Shown: positions 1 through 15,771 of the stretch, piece by piece
Layout of the letters: each line of letters begins with the position of its first letter
Position numbering within the stretch: position 1 is the stretch's first letter
Source of the DNA: Antedon mediterranea
Taxonomy: Eukaryota; Animalia; Echinodermata
DNA length: 64,000 nt
Reading direction: 5' to 3'
Assembly: GCF_964355755.1 (NCBI RefSeq)
Contig: NC_092671.1
Coordinates: 37,892,304-37,956,303 of the forward strand
Translations under genes and position numbers: made by a program
The notes under the pieces: generated by a model
The model's input: the letters and a program-made list of their open reading frames with translations, nothing else
Databases searched by the model: none
What the model was told of the DNA's origin: nothing

Positions 1-171
1 AAACACTATTCAAACACGTTTTTTGTGATTTAAATTCGACTATATAGCGCCACCTTCTGTTTGTGTAAACAATGAAGTAGAACTGTAAATGTATCTGATA
101 TTGATTTAAAAAAAGTGCAATAGGCCTACAAGTCAACCAATGTAGGCTAGGCTTCTCTTGATCATCATAAT

Positions 172-363
172 CAGTGGTGTAAAGCAGAGGCATGATGCCC
201 CTGGATGTAGGAACCCTACGTGGCCCTCCAACGCTGGAGGCCTCGGGCGTTTGTAGCACAAAACAAATATTAATGTCTGTTTTCTTCTGGGCAATTGCAC
301 TGCTCAGCCCCCCCCCCCCCCCCATTTAGCCAGTGAGCCCTCATCATAGTCGTTACGCCACTG
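172..363. mobile_element. hAT-like MITE (TIR CAGTGGCGTAAC)
   Basis: CAGTGGTGTAA at 172 and GTTACGCCACTG ending 363; 8-bp flanks ATCATAAT / AGCATAAT (1 mismatch); same termini as 4432-4630. Confidence 0.7.
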
Positions 364-1028
364 AGCATAATGCTTGTTTATTAGAGTTCCCATTCGGTGT
401 GTAAGCGTCATCGTGCAATATCCATGAAAATTCGGATGTTCATAATTATATACTTTAGCCCAATCACCGTCGTGTCTTGTCGAGTCATGCGCATCGTGCA
501 TTAAATCTGTGTGTGTCAGAGAGGTCGAGAGATCATGTTACATACTGGTCATTAGGTTACTCCATAGATAGTATAAGTTCAATTTATGATATCTATGTTT
601 TGTACAGAGTAAAACTTCTCCCGGTTGTATTAGGATTTAGGGCACTAGTCAGTTGGGTTCTGTGAGTCGCTTATTTTACAGTATGTAATTATATTAAGTT
701 ATTGCTTATTCTTTCGCTAATAAATATAAAAATACAAAAAGTTTTTAAATTACATTGTCTTTAAATACAATTCTTTATTCAATATATCGCTCTAAATTTA
801 TTTTCAGTAATGACACAACAACGGCAATAACACACCATAACATACAAAATTAGTGTTAAATAGATTTATAGTGAGCAATGCTTATTCGATTCTATGTTGA
901 ATGCAAACTACAACACCGGGTGCTGTATATGGCACGGAGATAATTGAGGATTTTTGGTACAGTTAACGTTGAAAAGGGGGTAAAAAAAACAATCATGGGT
1001 TGTGTGAAGAACTTTTCGTTTACTATAA

Positions 1029-1170
1029 AGCTCTGTTTACACTACCAAATTTGATGTGCCCATATATGGACACGATGATGTCATATCACTACCATATTTA
1101 GACATATCACTACCATATTTGGCCACATCACACTTTTTTTGCCAAACTAGTTTGATAGTGTAGACAGAGC
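1029..1170. mobile_element. MITE family 1 copy (TIR AGCTCTGTCTACACTATCAAACT), just 3' of the 383-aa ORF
   Basis: Termini AGCTCTGTTTACACTACCAAAT...AGTTTGATAGTGTAGACAGAGC; internal 21-bp repeats; ~21 related copies in the window. Confidence 0.85.
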
Positions 1171-1195
1171 AAAAAAGAATTGAAGAACTTTTCGT

Positions 1196-2347
1196 TTAGT
1201 CTAATAAAACGAGCTCGTCGTCCTCCTCGTCTGTTTCTACGTCAACCTTATACTCGCGTACGTGAGTTTGGACGTTGAAACGCACCGTCCTCGCTTTAGT
1301 ACCTCCGTCCACTTCTGTATTCGGTGAAATATGCTCACTAAAATCATCGTTATTGATGAGAATTGATGTGTATTCGCTAATAATAGATTGCCGTTTGATC
1401 CAATTTGTAACACAAGGTGACGTATTTTGCGTCACCGCTGTGCGTTCATCTGTTGCAACCAATGTTTCCTTTTTTGATGATTCTGTTTCACATGTTTCTG
1501 TTGTCAGTGTTTCTTCATCACTTCCTGAACTATGTATGTGCTTTTTACAGTCCTTTGAATCAATTTTCTCAATTATAAAGTTATCAGAATCGGTTTCTTC
1601 TTTCAATTCTTTCATTTTGTTGCCAATACTATGAGAAATATTTTGTTCTGATTTTGGTTCAGTATGTTTAGATCTCGATATTTCTAGAGTACTTACAGAC
1701 CTACTAAGTACCGGTCTGCCGTCTGTTTTTCCTGGTTTTCTAGACAGGTAAAATGACTTAGTTTTAGTACTTAGATTGTCAGTGTGTTTTAACCTCGGTA
1801 GATGGATGTTGCTTTTCTTGCTGTACTCTCGGGAAATGTTTTGCATTGTCGACCCTCTTTTCATCATTCTCGAAACCTCTTGCGAGTTCATCAGATCCAA
1901 TCCAGTTAAATCGGCAAGTCTAAGTTTCGATCTTACTTCCGTGTCTTGGTGGATGGCTGGCATGTACGTGTAGTTATCTATAACACCATTTTCATGCCTC
2001 TGCTTTTGTCGAGAACCATTTCTTGTGGAGGCCAACACGAACGATGGTATTTCGTTCACGGCGTTTTTATAATTTGAAGACGCTCGTTTAAGATCGTTCT
2101 TAGTAACTGCATATTTACATCCCTGATTTTTCAATGTGTTGTCAGAGGTAGATTTTTTGTCATAAGATGGGTATGATCTAACTCTGGATCTTGTAAAACT
2201 ACTTCTTTTATTCATAAAGTCTACGTCCTCAAAAACGTTGTCAGTTTCGCTGTGTATTCTAGGAAGTGTACGTACATTAAACTCATCCGTTAGTGACGGA
2301 CTCTTCTTTTTCTTTAATGTTTGGTACGATACGCTCGGTCGCTCCAT
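1196..2347 (-). CDS. Uncharacterised 383-aa S/K/E/R-rich, probably disordered protein with C-terminal RVxF-like motif (KARTVRFNVQTHVREY) and acidic tail
   Basis: 1152-nt uninterrupted ATG-TAA ORF in very AT-rich DNA, with protein-like composition; no recognisable globular domain. Confidence 0.8.
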   Translation of the reverse strand: MERPSVSYQTLKKKKSPSLTDEFNVRTLPRIHSETDNVFEDVDFMNKRSSFTRSRVRSYPSYDKKSTSDNTLKNQGCKYAVTKNDLKRASSNYKNAVNEIPSFVLASTRNGSRQKQRHENGVIDNYTYMPAIHQDTEVRSKLRLADLTGLDLMNSQEVSRMMKRGSTMQNISREYSKKSNIHLPRLKHTDNLSTKTKSFYLSRKPGKTDGRPVLSRSVSTLEISRSKHTEPKSEQNISHSIGNKMKELKEETDSDNFIIEKIDSKDCKKHIHSSGSDEETLTTETCETESSKKETLVATDERTAVTQNTSPCVTNWIKRQSIISEYTSILINNDDFSEHISPNTEVDGGTKARTVRFNVQTHVREYKVDVETDEEDDELVLLD

Positions 2348-2812
2348 TTCAAACGGATTAAATAGTGATACTAACCGGTTATTTAGTTCCGTTTTTGATA
2401 AATCACTGTTATGATATCCTTATGCTAATAAAAATCTTCTTCGACACAGACATATACTTCCAATATCGTTTGTAAACCGCCTAATTCAGGTTGCCGGCTC
2501 AGACAGGATTCAATATAAAGCAGGGCCTACATCTCTGGGAGTATTACACCTATACTTTGACAGCAGGTATGTAAAATAAGAATGAATCCATGAAACATGA
2601 GTATATTTCTGTTTGGAAGCCCTATTATGCATAATAAAGTCACAGTAGAATAATTTTCAATATGCGTGGAGTATATCTGTAGAAAGGAATACCCTGTTGC
2701 TATGACGACGAGTATTCATAGGTTAACTATATTCATATCAAATTGTTTTCAAGTCACGAAGTTTTGTAATCATACTCCACAGCTTCATTACGTTATTTAT
2801 TCGATCACAGTA

Positions 2813-3260
2813 TAGTGTAATTAATTAAAAAAACAATACTTTAAAAAATATATCCTGCGCTCAATATAGATCCACAATGATAGTATACTTTTGGTAGCAT
2901 TTCTAGGCCTGACAATGATGAAAACCAGTCGGAGCTGGAGTAAAGTAATTATTTACCTGAAGCCAACAAGCTTGAACAGAATAGTTATAATTAATTAACA
3001 AACAATACTGTTAAACATGTAACCTGCGCTCAATATAGTTCCAATAATGGTTGTACTTTGGTAGCATTTAGCTATTGGCCTAAAAATTATGAAAACCAGT
3101 CGGAGGAGTATTATTATTCACCTAAAGCTGCAAGCTCTGACCATGGACATTTGAACATCCTTCCTTTAAAATGATGAAACCAGTCGGAGCTGGAGTAAAG
3201 TAATTATCTTCACCTGATGTTGCAAACTCTGGACATGGACACTTGAACATATCCTTCCTT
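2813..3260. repeat. Degenerate local duplications (units containing CCTGCGCTCAATATAG and GAAAACCAGTCGGAG)
   Basis: 2813-2960 ~ 2985-3125; GAAACCAGTCGGAG occurs three times; GGACA(T/C)TTGAACAT..CCTTCCTTTA twice. Confidence 0.7.
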
Positions 3261-4431
3261 TACATGTTCGTAAACCTGAATACGTCTCGTATCCTGCAAT
3301 GTTTGCATTTTGAGCAATTACGTTCAGGAAAGTGACTTAATATTTACAAACTGTCAGTAATGTGTGTAGTTATCTATCTAGTTATCCGTCCTATATTGAC
3401 AATTTCGAGAGGCACGATGCTAAGTCTTCTTCTTCACTATACCTGGATTATTGAACAAATTTACCCGTGACAAAGAGAATACGTGACGAATGTAATTGTT
3501 TGCGCCACAAAGACAAACTTTATTTTAATGTTGGTGTTCTTACTGTTTAACTAACGGTTTAATAATATTTGACTTGTTATATTGTTGACTACCGTACTAC
3601 ATCTTTAAAAATATGTTTGTGTAACGAAATGCTCATGCTCACAATGTGTATACATATCATACAGCCGATTCTGCTACTGTCCCTATGTGGTATCTGTATA
3701 ACTATAGCAAGTTATCCACGTTGCTGTCTGCATAAATGCTGTACTTTTAACACCGTACACTGTCATGTAGCACAGTGTCTGTTGACAATTTACAATGAGT
3801 TTATTACCTTAATTACAGCATACACTTTATATCGTTATACAGATACATACCTATTGACAGTAACAGAATCGGGTCCAGTATCGACTCAAACTTATTATTA
3901 TTTTACTTGTTTTATTGTATTTATAGGTTGGAATATAATAGTAAATAAAGGAAAGCCGCGTTGTAAAACAAAAATTAAAAATGATGTCATTACAAAAGAC
4001 TTAACTTAAAGCTTGTCTACACTATCAAACTTTATGTTATAAAAAGTGTCCAGCACAACTCTGTCGAAATAAAATAGTAAAATGATACAAAAGTGTATAC
4101 TGTATGTCAGTAAATTGTGTAATTGTTATAGAATGTCTAATAATATAATTTATTATGATTAAATGTATAAAAGGCACAGGCGAAACAAGCTATTTTTTGC
4201 TTGGACCTAATACATATCATGTCAACATAACAATATAGGCCTAAATAATATCAAGCAACATCGATATGATAAACACAGTATTGGTTTGTGGTGTGTGAAC
4301 CATTGAGTTAGGTGGGAAAGGATTATTATTGCTGTGCCTGTGACTTGACATTACCAGGTATCGACCAAACGATTTCAAATAATCATAGCTGGCCTAGACT
4401 GTCAAATGATAAAGGATAAAACTGTGTTGAT

Positions 4432-4630
4432 CAGTGGCGTAACGGCTATGAGCGAACACTGGCTAAACCCAGGGGTCTTGAAGCTTATGGGGGCCCTAAG
4501 CAGTGCCCATAGAAAAAAAAACAGGAATTGAAATATGTCGATAAAGCTAAAAATGCCCGAGGCCTCCAGCGTTGGAGGGCCACTTAGAGTTCCTAAACCA
4601 GGGGTCTCAAGTCTCTACGTTACGCCACTG
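4432..4630. mobile_element. hAT-like MITE (TIR CAGTGGCGTAACG)
   Basis: CAGTGGCGTAACG...CGTTACGCCACTG perfect 13-bp TIR; 8-bp flanks GTGTTGAT / ATGTTGAT. Confidence 0.8.
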
Positions 4631-4997
4631 ATGTTGATATACTTGAAATGTTGGTGGGTTAAGAGGGAAGTCAGTATAGGGTTGTTCAGACTGGCTGGTT
4701 GTACGACCAGTAGGCGTAGTATCAAATCTGAATGCAGATATTCCAATAGCACCTTCAATCAAACAATCAATCGTTCGATTAATATAGCGCCATTCCAACA
4801 GTCATTGCTCAATCATGGTGCTGCCAAATATCAGAAAGTATGAGTTTTGAGTAGTGACTTAAAGGTGCTCACATTTGAAAAAAAACTTTCACTTCTTTTT
4901 TTTTCTCGTCACTGCTCTTCCATCTATTGGACTTAATGTAAACATTGTGATGTAACAATGTTAATACTGGATACTTTCTTGTACAGCATGATGAATA

Positions 4998-5287
4998 TCA
5001 ATATAACATTGCGTTTTCAAGTTCTTTTTTCCAATAATGAGCATCTTCCATTATTTTACTAAATGTCACTGCAGTATTAAACACTTCCATTGCGTTGTCT
5101 AATTTAAAGTACTCCTTACGCGCTGTTTCTTTAACTTCACTCACTCCCTCTTCCGCACGTCTTGAGAAATATTCAAATGAAAATATCGTGTCATGTCGGC
5201 GGAATTTTTTAATGTTTTGTATCGGCCATCTTTTAATGTTCTTTTTACCTTTAAAGTATATATGCGTGGCAGTCACTTTCAGGTTAC
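4998..5287 (-). CDS. Last exon of an IRS-type PTB (FRS2/Dok-like) domain gene
   Basis: Acceptor tttaatgtcttag at 5288; translation (G)NLKVTATHIYFKGKKNIKRWPIQNIKKFRRHDTIFSFEYFSRR resembles the remembered FRS2 PTB core GIMELTDTELILY..VKWHYLCLRRYGYDSNLFSFESGRR; open to TGA at 4998. Confidence 0.6.
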
Positions 5288-5316
5288 CTAAGACATTAAA
5301 AACATAGTTAAATTAA

Positions 5317-5462
5317 AAACAATTCAATTCTGCATACGTTATTGGGACGTAAAAAGCAATTCAATTCTGCATACGTTATTGGGACGTAAAAACAATTAAA
5401 TTCTGCAAACGTTATTGGAACATAAAAACAATTCAATTCTGCATACGTTATTGGGACGTAAA
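5317..5462. repeat. Minisatellite, ~39-40-bp unit x ~4 (AAAACAATTCAATTCTGCATACGTTATTGGGACGTA)
   Basis: Direct tandem copies visible. Confidence 0.9.
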
Positions 5463-5797
5463 TAACTAATAATGTAATTCATTTATTTCTGGTAATGATT
5501 GATTGTATTATAGATGAAACGTTCTGAAATGATGTTGTTGACCATAAAGGAATGATAAATATTGGGACCCGCCCATGATTTAAAAACACGCCCACTGTGA
5601 TAATGGGCACATAAACATGGGGCTCTTACCTATTTCTCTTACAACAGGATCTTGGACGTCCAGCAGCACTGCCTTATACCATAAACTCCCGCCAATCGGT
5701 GTGACTACAGTCTGGTGCTGATGAACCATACCACTACTATTACCCATTCTGTGACCCACCAATGCTTTGATCATCCGTGTATCTTAAATCATTTTAC

Positions 5798-5899
5798 CAT
5801 CTTCTATAGCTATTCCATTTTCAACGTTGATTTATATGTAAAATTACAAATAAAATGTTAACAAATCCAACATCAATCCTTGACGTGCAGCATCCTCAT
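5798..5899 (-). pseudogene. Putative frameshifted first exon of the PTB gene (MGCCTSR...INVENGIAIEDG)
   Basis: Minus strand ATG-A-GGA TGC TGC ACG TCA and ATC AAC GTT GAA AAT GGA ATA GCT ATA GAA GAT G|gtaaaa; phase-1 donor matches the 5287 acceptor, but two +1 shifts are needed to join them. Confidence 0.35.
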
Positions 5900-6669
5900 A
5901 GGTTAGGCCTCATTAGTGAGGTGATGTAGGCCTATATTCATACATGTACATGGATTCATCACTATTTTTCAAAATCCTTGACTTTCGGCGAAAATTGTCC
6001 AATTGCGGACTTTTTGAAATCCGATTAAACCAACAGTACAATACGTTTGTCGATGATTGAATAGAAGGAGGGGTTTTTGTATCATGCATTAAAAAAAATA
6101 ATATTCGCACCTCTCCACAATTAATGTATTGATTGTTTGACTCACAAATACTGATGCGATGCACACCCAATAAACAATTATCAAAATAATCATTTCAATT
6201 GAATCAACAAGCTGGTCTGATTTCGTTATTTATTTTCAATGATCACTTGGCATTAATTTCAGATTTAAATATGTATATTTTTTGTAATAATGCAAAAGAA
6301 TAAATGAGACTAAAAATAACATTCTTCGTGACGTCACATTTTAAAGCATAATTTTAGCCATGATTTTGATTGTGATTGGTTGGATATAAGTATAGCAAAA
6401 TATTTAGTTCAAAAGGCAAATTACTGAGAAAAAAAGACAATGCTGTGGGTATCAGTAACGGGATCTCAATACATAAGCAAAAAGCTAAATTGAAACAGCT
6501 AGAAAGTCAAAAATATAAATGTTACAAGATATGAGTCTCATTTGGGTCCCCGTAGTACCATCGCTGATACACAACGTATCGCGCAAGGGGTAAAGGTCAA
6601 TTGAAAAATACACACAGCTGTGTCAGTACACATGAGAAGAAACCACGTTGACTAATTATTTTAATTAAA

Positions 6670-7553
6670 ATGACACGAATCGCAAGAAAAAAACAACATC
6701 GTGGTTATACACATTTACAAAAGAAGTATAGAACTAGACGAAAAACCAAAGATCTTGACCAAATCCACGAAGATTTAGAGCCAGATAACAAGGAAAAGCT
6801 TCTTCATCAGACTATCGATTATGATAAGCCAGGCTCGGGCCAGTTCTACTGCCTGACATGTGCGTAAGTACCTGCTGTGTGCTCTGGTCGTTTCGTCCGA
6901 TAGGCCTGCTTGGTCAGTCGATAGTGTTTACTATAAATTATCTATTTTTAAATCGACTAAATTTAACCATCTTGGCCTAATGACAATAAGAATTAATATA
7001 CTTTAAAGGATTAAATTGTCAATCGATGATTGAATTGGTGTTGGTAAAAAAACTAATTTATATTCAATTAATATTATAATAATACTATAAATAGTAAACC
7101 TTTTTTTCGCCCATTTTTTAGGAGACACTTTATCAATAAAAATGCCCTACAGGAACATTTTCGAACAAAATTACACAAGAGAAGGTATGTATGTTATTAT
7201 TTACAAACAATACTGTATGTACACATTGAGTGATCAATTATTATTCAATCAATCAAGATCAAGTACCATATACATTACAGTTATGTTTGCTATAACCGTA
7301 TGAAAATTGTTAACAAATGAATCCATTGATGCTACAATATATTAAAAATACCATGTATATTTTTTCAATCATTAAATATGTATGCCATTTGTGTCAAAGG
7401 TTAAAGGCGTTACAAACCGAGCCATACACCCAGAAGGAAGCAGAGGCTGCGGCCGGTATGGGCTCGTATCAACCAAGACGACAAATGAACGTAACGTCAC
7501 AAGAAAAGGAATCTGATGAGAATATGCAAGATGTGTCAACAAAGTCTACATGA
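6670..7553 (+). CDS. ZNF593: Zinc finger protein 593 / Bud20 homolog (pre-60S export factor)
   Basis: Exons 6670-6863, 7122-7184, 7400-7553 with GT-AG, consistent phase 2; motifs [50 protein letters not shown]. Confidence 0.96.
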
Positions 7554-7699
7554 TAAACTTTTGTTACCATTTTATTGTGAATGTGAGAATTATGATAGAA
7601 TAAATGTTGAACATTGAATGAATGAGAATAACAATAAACAGTTCCTTGGTTATCCATGGCCAAATATTCTGGTCTTTTTACTTTTTCTACTAAAAAAAC

Positions 7700-7792
7700 A
7701 CACCTTAAATCTTAGGGGGTTTTTTTGTTTTGCACAAGCGCCACTAGTTTGGAACCAGCTTCCACTCCATATCCATCAATGTAAATCTCTTA
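7700..7792 (+). mobile_element. L2/CR1-type LINE ORF2 C-terminal fragment, abutting a MITE family 1 copy (7793-~7957)
   Basis: Translation FAQAPLVWNQLPLHIHQCKSL matches the typical F..APxLWNxLP...S motif. Confidence 0.6.
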
Positions 7793-9630
7793 AGCTCTTT
7801 CTACTATCGAACTTTGTGTGACAAAAAAATGTGATGTGCCAAATATGGTAGTGATATGCTCAAATAGGGTAGTGATGTGACATCATCATGCTCATATATG
7901 GGCACATCACACCATTTCATCATCACATCACAAAGCATTTTGTTGTGCAATAGTTTGAAAAAATTATTAAAAACATGTACTGTAAAATGCTAGTTTTGTC
8001 TCTTTTTAAAACCACTTGGGCAAGGAAGAAAGAAAGAAGGCATTTCTATGTCATACCAGGGAGTTGTAAAATAATAAAAATAATAAAATTATTTTACAGC
8101 TCCCTGGTCATACTGTATAAATTAAAAGTACAAAGATTACTTTGTTCATGTTTTGGAATTACAAATTACAAGATCTTTAATAAAACATACAAGTGATATT
8201 ATTTATACTTTTTGGTCTGTGACTGTGTAGTGCAATTATGCGCCGCGCTGTCGATCAATTCATGATGGATACACTGAGCAGATCTAAAGATACAGTATCG
8301 TTCATTGTTAGAGAGGGCGCTATTTGTAAAATACTCTCAGAGCCATATTATATATATGGCTCTGAATCTTGCTGTATACGTGGAAAAAATATTATTGAGA
8401 CCCTTTTTGCAGGAATCATGGCTCAGCTACAGTGATTAAGTTCACTTAGGTTGACCCTGGTCTCCCCAATTTCAGTTTTTTTTGTTTTGTATATACTTAA
8501 ATAGACCAAACAAATAATGAAATGAAATCCAAAAACCATCACAATTTGAAGGAAAGTACACATGTAACGTTTTCTCGGGTCAACCTACATTCAGCGCAGA
8601 TGGACTCACCTACTAAGATAAAAAGTTAGAGAGTTGGGGTAGGATAGTCGAGTCCCCATACCCCACTGTCACTGGTTATGTGTGTTAAAAGTTCTATGCG
8701 CATATGTACTTGTATATTTTGTTAATCTCCAATGTGAAAGTTTGTGCGCGCGTCACACATACGTTAAACTCGAACCGAAGTTTGATTGCTCAAACCCTAT
8801 CAAATTTCCATCAAAATCATTCCCTTTAAAGAATTTCATCGCGCGTAACAGAAGAACTAAATACAATCTAAGTCACCGTGTTGGTCATCTCTTCATAACA
8901 AAAGTTGATTGTCCTAACCATTTTATATGCAAACTACTAAGCCATACTAAGTTCTTTTGTATTGTTTATGTAACAATAGAACTAATCATGCCTTCATTCA
9001 ATTGATTGTACATCGTCAGTGAATCGTAACTCCACCATTTTGATATCAAGTGGTGACAGGAACGTTTGGTTGTCAGAGCTTAAAAACTAGAAATAGCATA
9101 TTTAAGGTGAGACTTTTACGTTTGATTTCAATGATGTTTGTATTAAATATCCCGGCCGGCCTGTTTATGCAGTGCAGTATTTATAATACAAGGCCTCGTG
9201 CGTACATACGTTCAATTCATTAAAATTGTAGTCTAAAAAACAATGCACTAAAACCCAAGATGTCTTTATCAGACAAACACACTAATAATATTGAATAAAA
9301 ACACACTAATAGTTTCCTAATATTGTATTTCAATCTATCTTTTATAATAGTCACACTGATAATAACCTATATCAATTATTTAATTTGTGAGATCATGGAT
9401 CCACAAGGATTCATCCTTCATTAATACTAGATTATTAAATGGGTTCGGTATAGGCCTACTTCATTTTTAGTAGTTGAAAGATCGTTATAAACGGAAATGC
9501 CTTAAGTTAAGATAGGATGGTAATTAATTGAATATTACATAAGAACTCTTGCTTCATTATCACATTACAGTCATGGCTTAATGACATGCATATATTCATA
9601 ATTCATTAACAAACTTTGTTTCTTTTATAG

Positions 9631-10330
9631 ATGGGTTCATACAGAAATATGTGTAGTATTGTATTAATGGCTGTGTTAGCAATAGCAGCTGCTGTTCCTG
9701 GTAAGTAGCGTAAATGGGACCATTTTAAAATGTCTTTAAACAATGTCAAGAAAACTATATCGGCCTAGCCTTCAATATTACCTCTTTTTTTTATTGTATT
9801 GTTTACCATTGATAGGAATGTTTACCATTGATAGGAATTAATAAACGTTGAATTACTATTATTATTATATATAAATTATTATTATATAACAAATATTTGT
9901 TAAAAATAATTTCATATACTGTATACATTGATCCCCATTTAGCGGTGATGGTGTATACCCATACTCCGGTTTGGGTGCTAGCTTAGTGTTTTTATCTTTT
10001 TGTTCTCTTTCTTTTGTTTTCCACTCTTTTCTCTTTATTGTCGAGCGCATAGGGCGTTTATTTGCGCTATATAAATCTATCTATTATTTATTATTATTAA
10101 AAATATTCGTTAAATTTCATTTTTTAGACCCCGATACGGAGTACACTTTGAAATACAGCTCCCTGTCAGCCATCATCGCTGGCGGTATTTCGATATTCTT
10201 TGGAGTCATCGGAATGGGCGTGTTGGTGCACGATTTCACTTGCCGAGATTACATGTCTGAAATACCGGACGACTACAAAAACGGAAACAAAGTCCACCTC
10301 AACGAAAAATACGACAACACAGCTCTGTAG
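9631..10330 (+). CDS. 90-aa single-pass membrane microprotein (signal peptide, TM helix, C-terminal class I PDZ ligand -TAL)
   Basis: Exon 9631-9700 (preceded by acceptor ttttatag, donor G|gtaagt) + exon 10128-10330 (acceptor tttttag), phase 1 compatible: MGSYRNMCSIVLMAVLAIAAAVPDPDTEYTLKYSSLSAIIAGGISIFFGVIGMGVLVHDFTCRDY...EKYDNTAL. Possible non-coding exon ending 9106 (aag|gtgaga). Confidence 0.8.
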
Positions 10331-11062
10331 AGATGCAGCGTGGTGGAGAGTGAAAATCTGAAAATATTCAAGAAAAATATACAAAACATCACTGATTTTA
10401 TCTTGATATATAACTACGACTTCGGACTATCATGTATATATAGCCTGCAGTTCACTATTAATATTTAAATGGGATTTTAATATTTTTTCTACATTTTAAT
10501 GTTATTTTATATAAAGAAAAAGTTAAATACGCCAAGTAGCATAGTTTTCTAATTGTATTATAGGCATGTTGTTCTTAATTATTTTATTAAACTTTCTATA
10601 ATAAAACAAAATATGTTTTGTATTTGTATGTTGAAAACGTCCTCTTGAATTTGTAGCTACGTTATCGAAGCGTCAGTGATTATGATCCATATGAAAGATT
10701 TGTTGTTTGTCGATCCATCCATTTTAAAGATGTCAAGTCAAAATGAATAAGTTTCCAATAACATAAACATTATATATCTGTTATCATCCGTTGCTGCAGT
10801 ATATTTCCCAAAATGTATACATTAATATGGTGAGTGTACGAAAATTCATTAGGGCGAAAAAAAAGTAATACTATTTTTATTTTGGCCCTATTGGGCTTTC
10901 GTAGAAATCCCATTTATTTACTAACGTATGCAAAGAGACTAATAAGTTATTGGGTGTTACGGTAACGTATGCAAAGAGACTACTAAATTATTGGGCGCGC
11001 CATAGTTGCCGCGCTGTTGTGAAACCGATCATCGTCGCAAAAACGGTGGATTCCCTTCCATC

Positions 11063-15771
<4,709 letters not shown>

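Noticed and set aside
1275-1973. Plus-strand ORFs of 119 and 65 aa
   Set aside because: Antisense shadows of the 383-aa ORF.
3569-4009. 146-aa ORF
   Set aside because: Non-ATG start, composition typical of AT-rich non-coding DNA, no recognisable motif.
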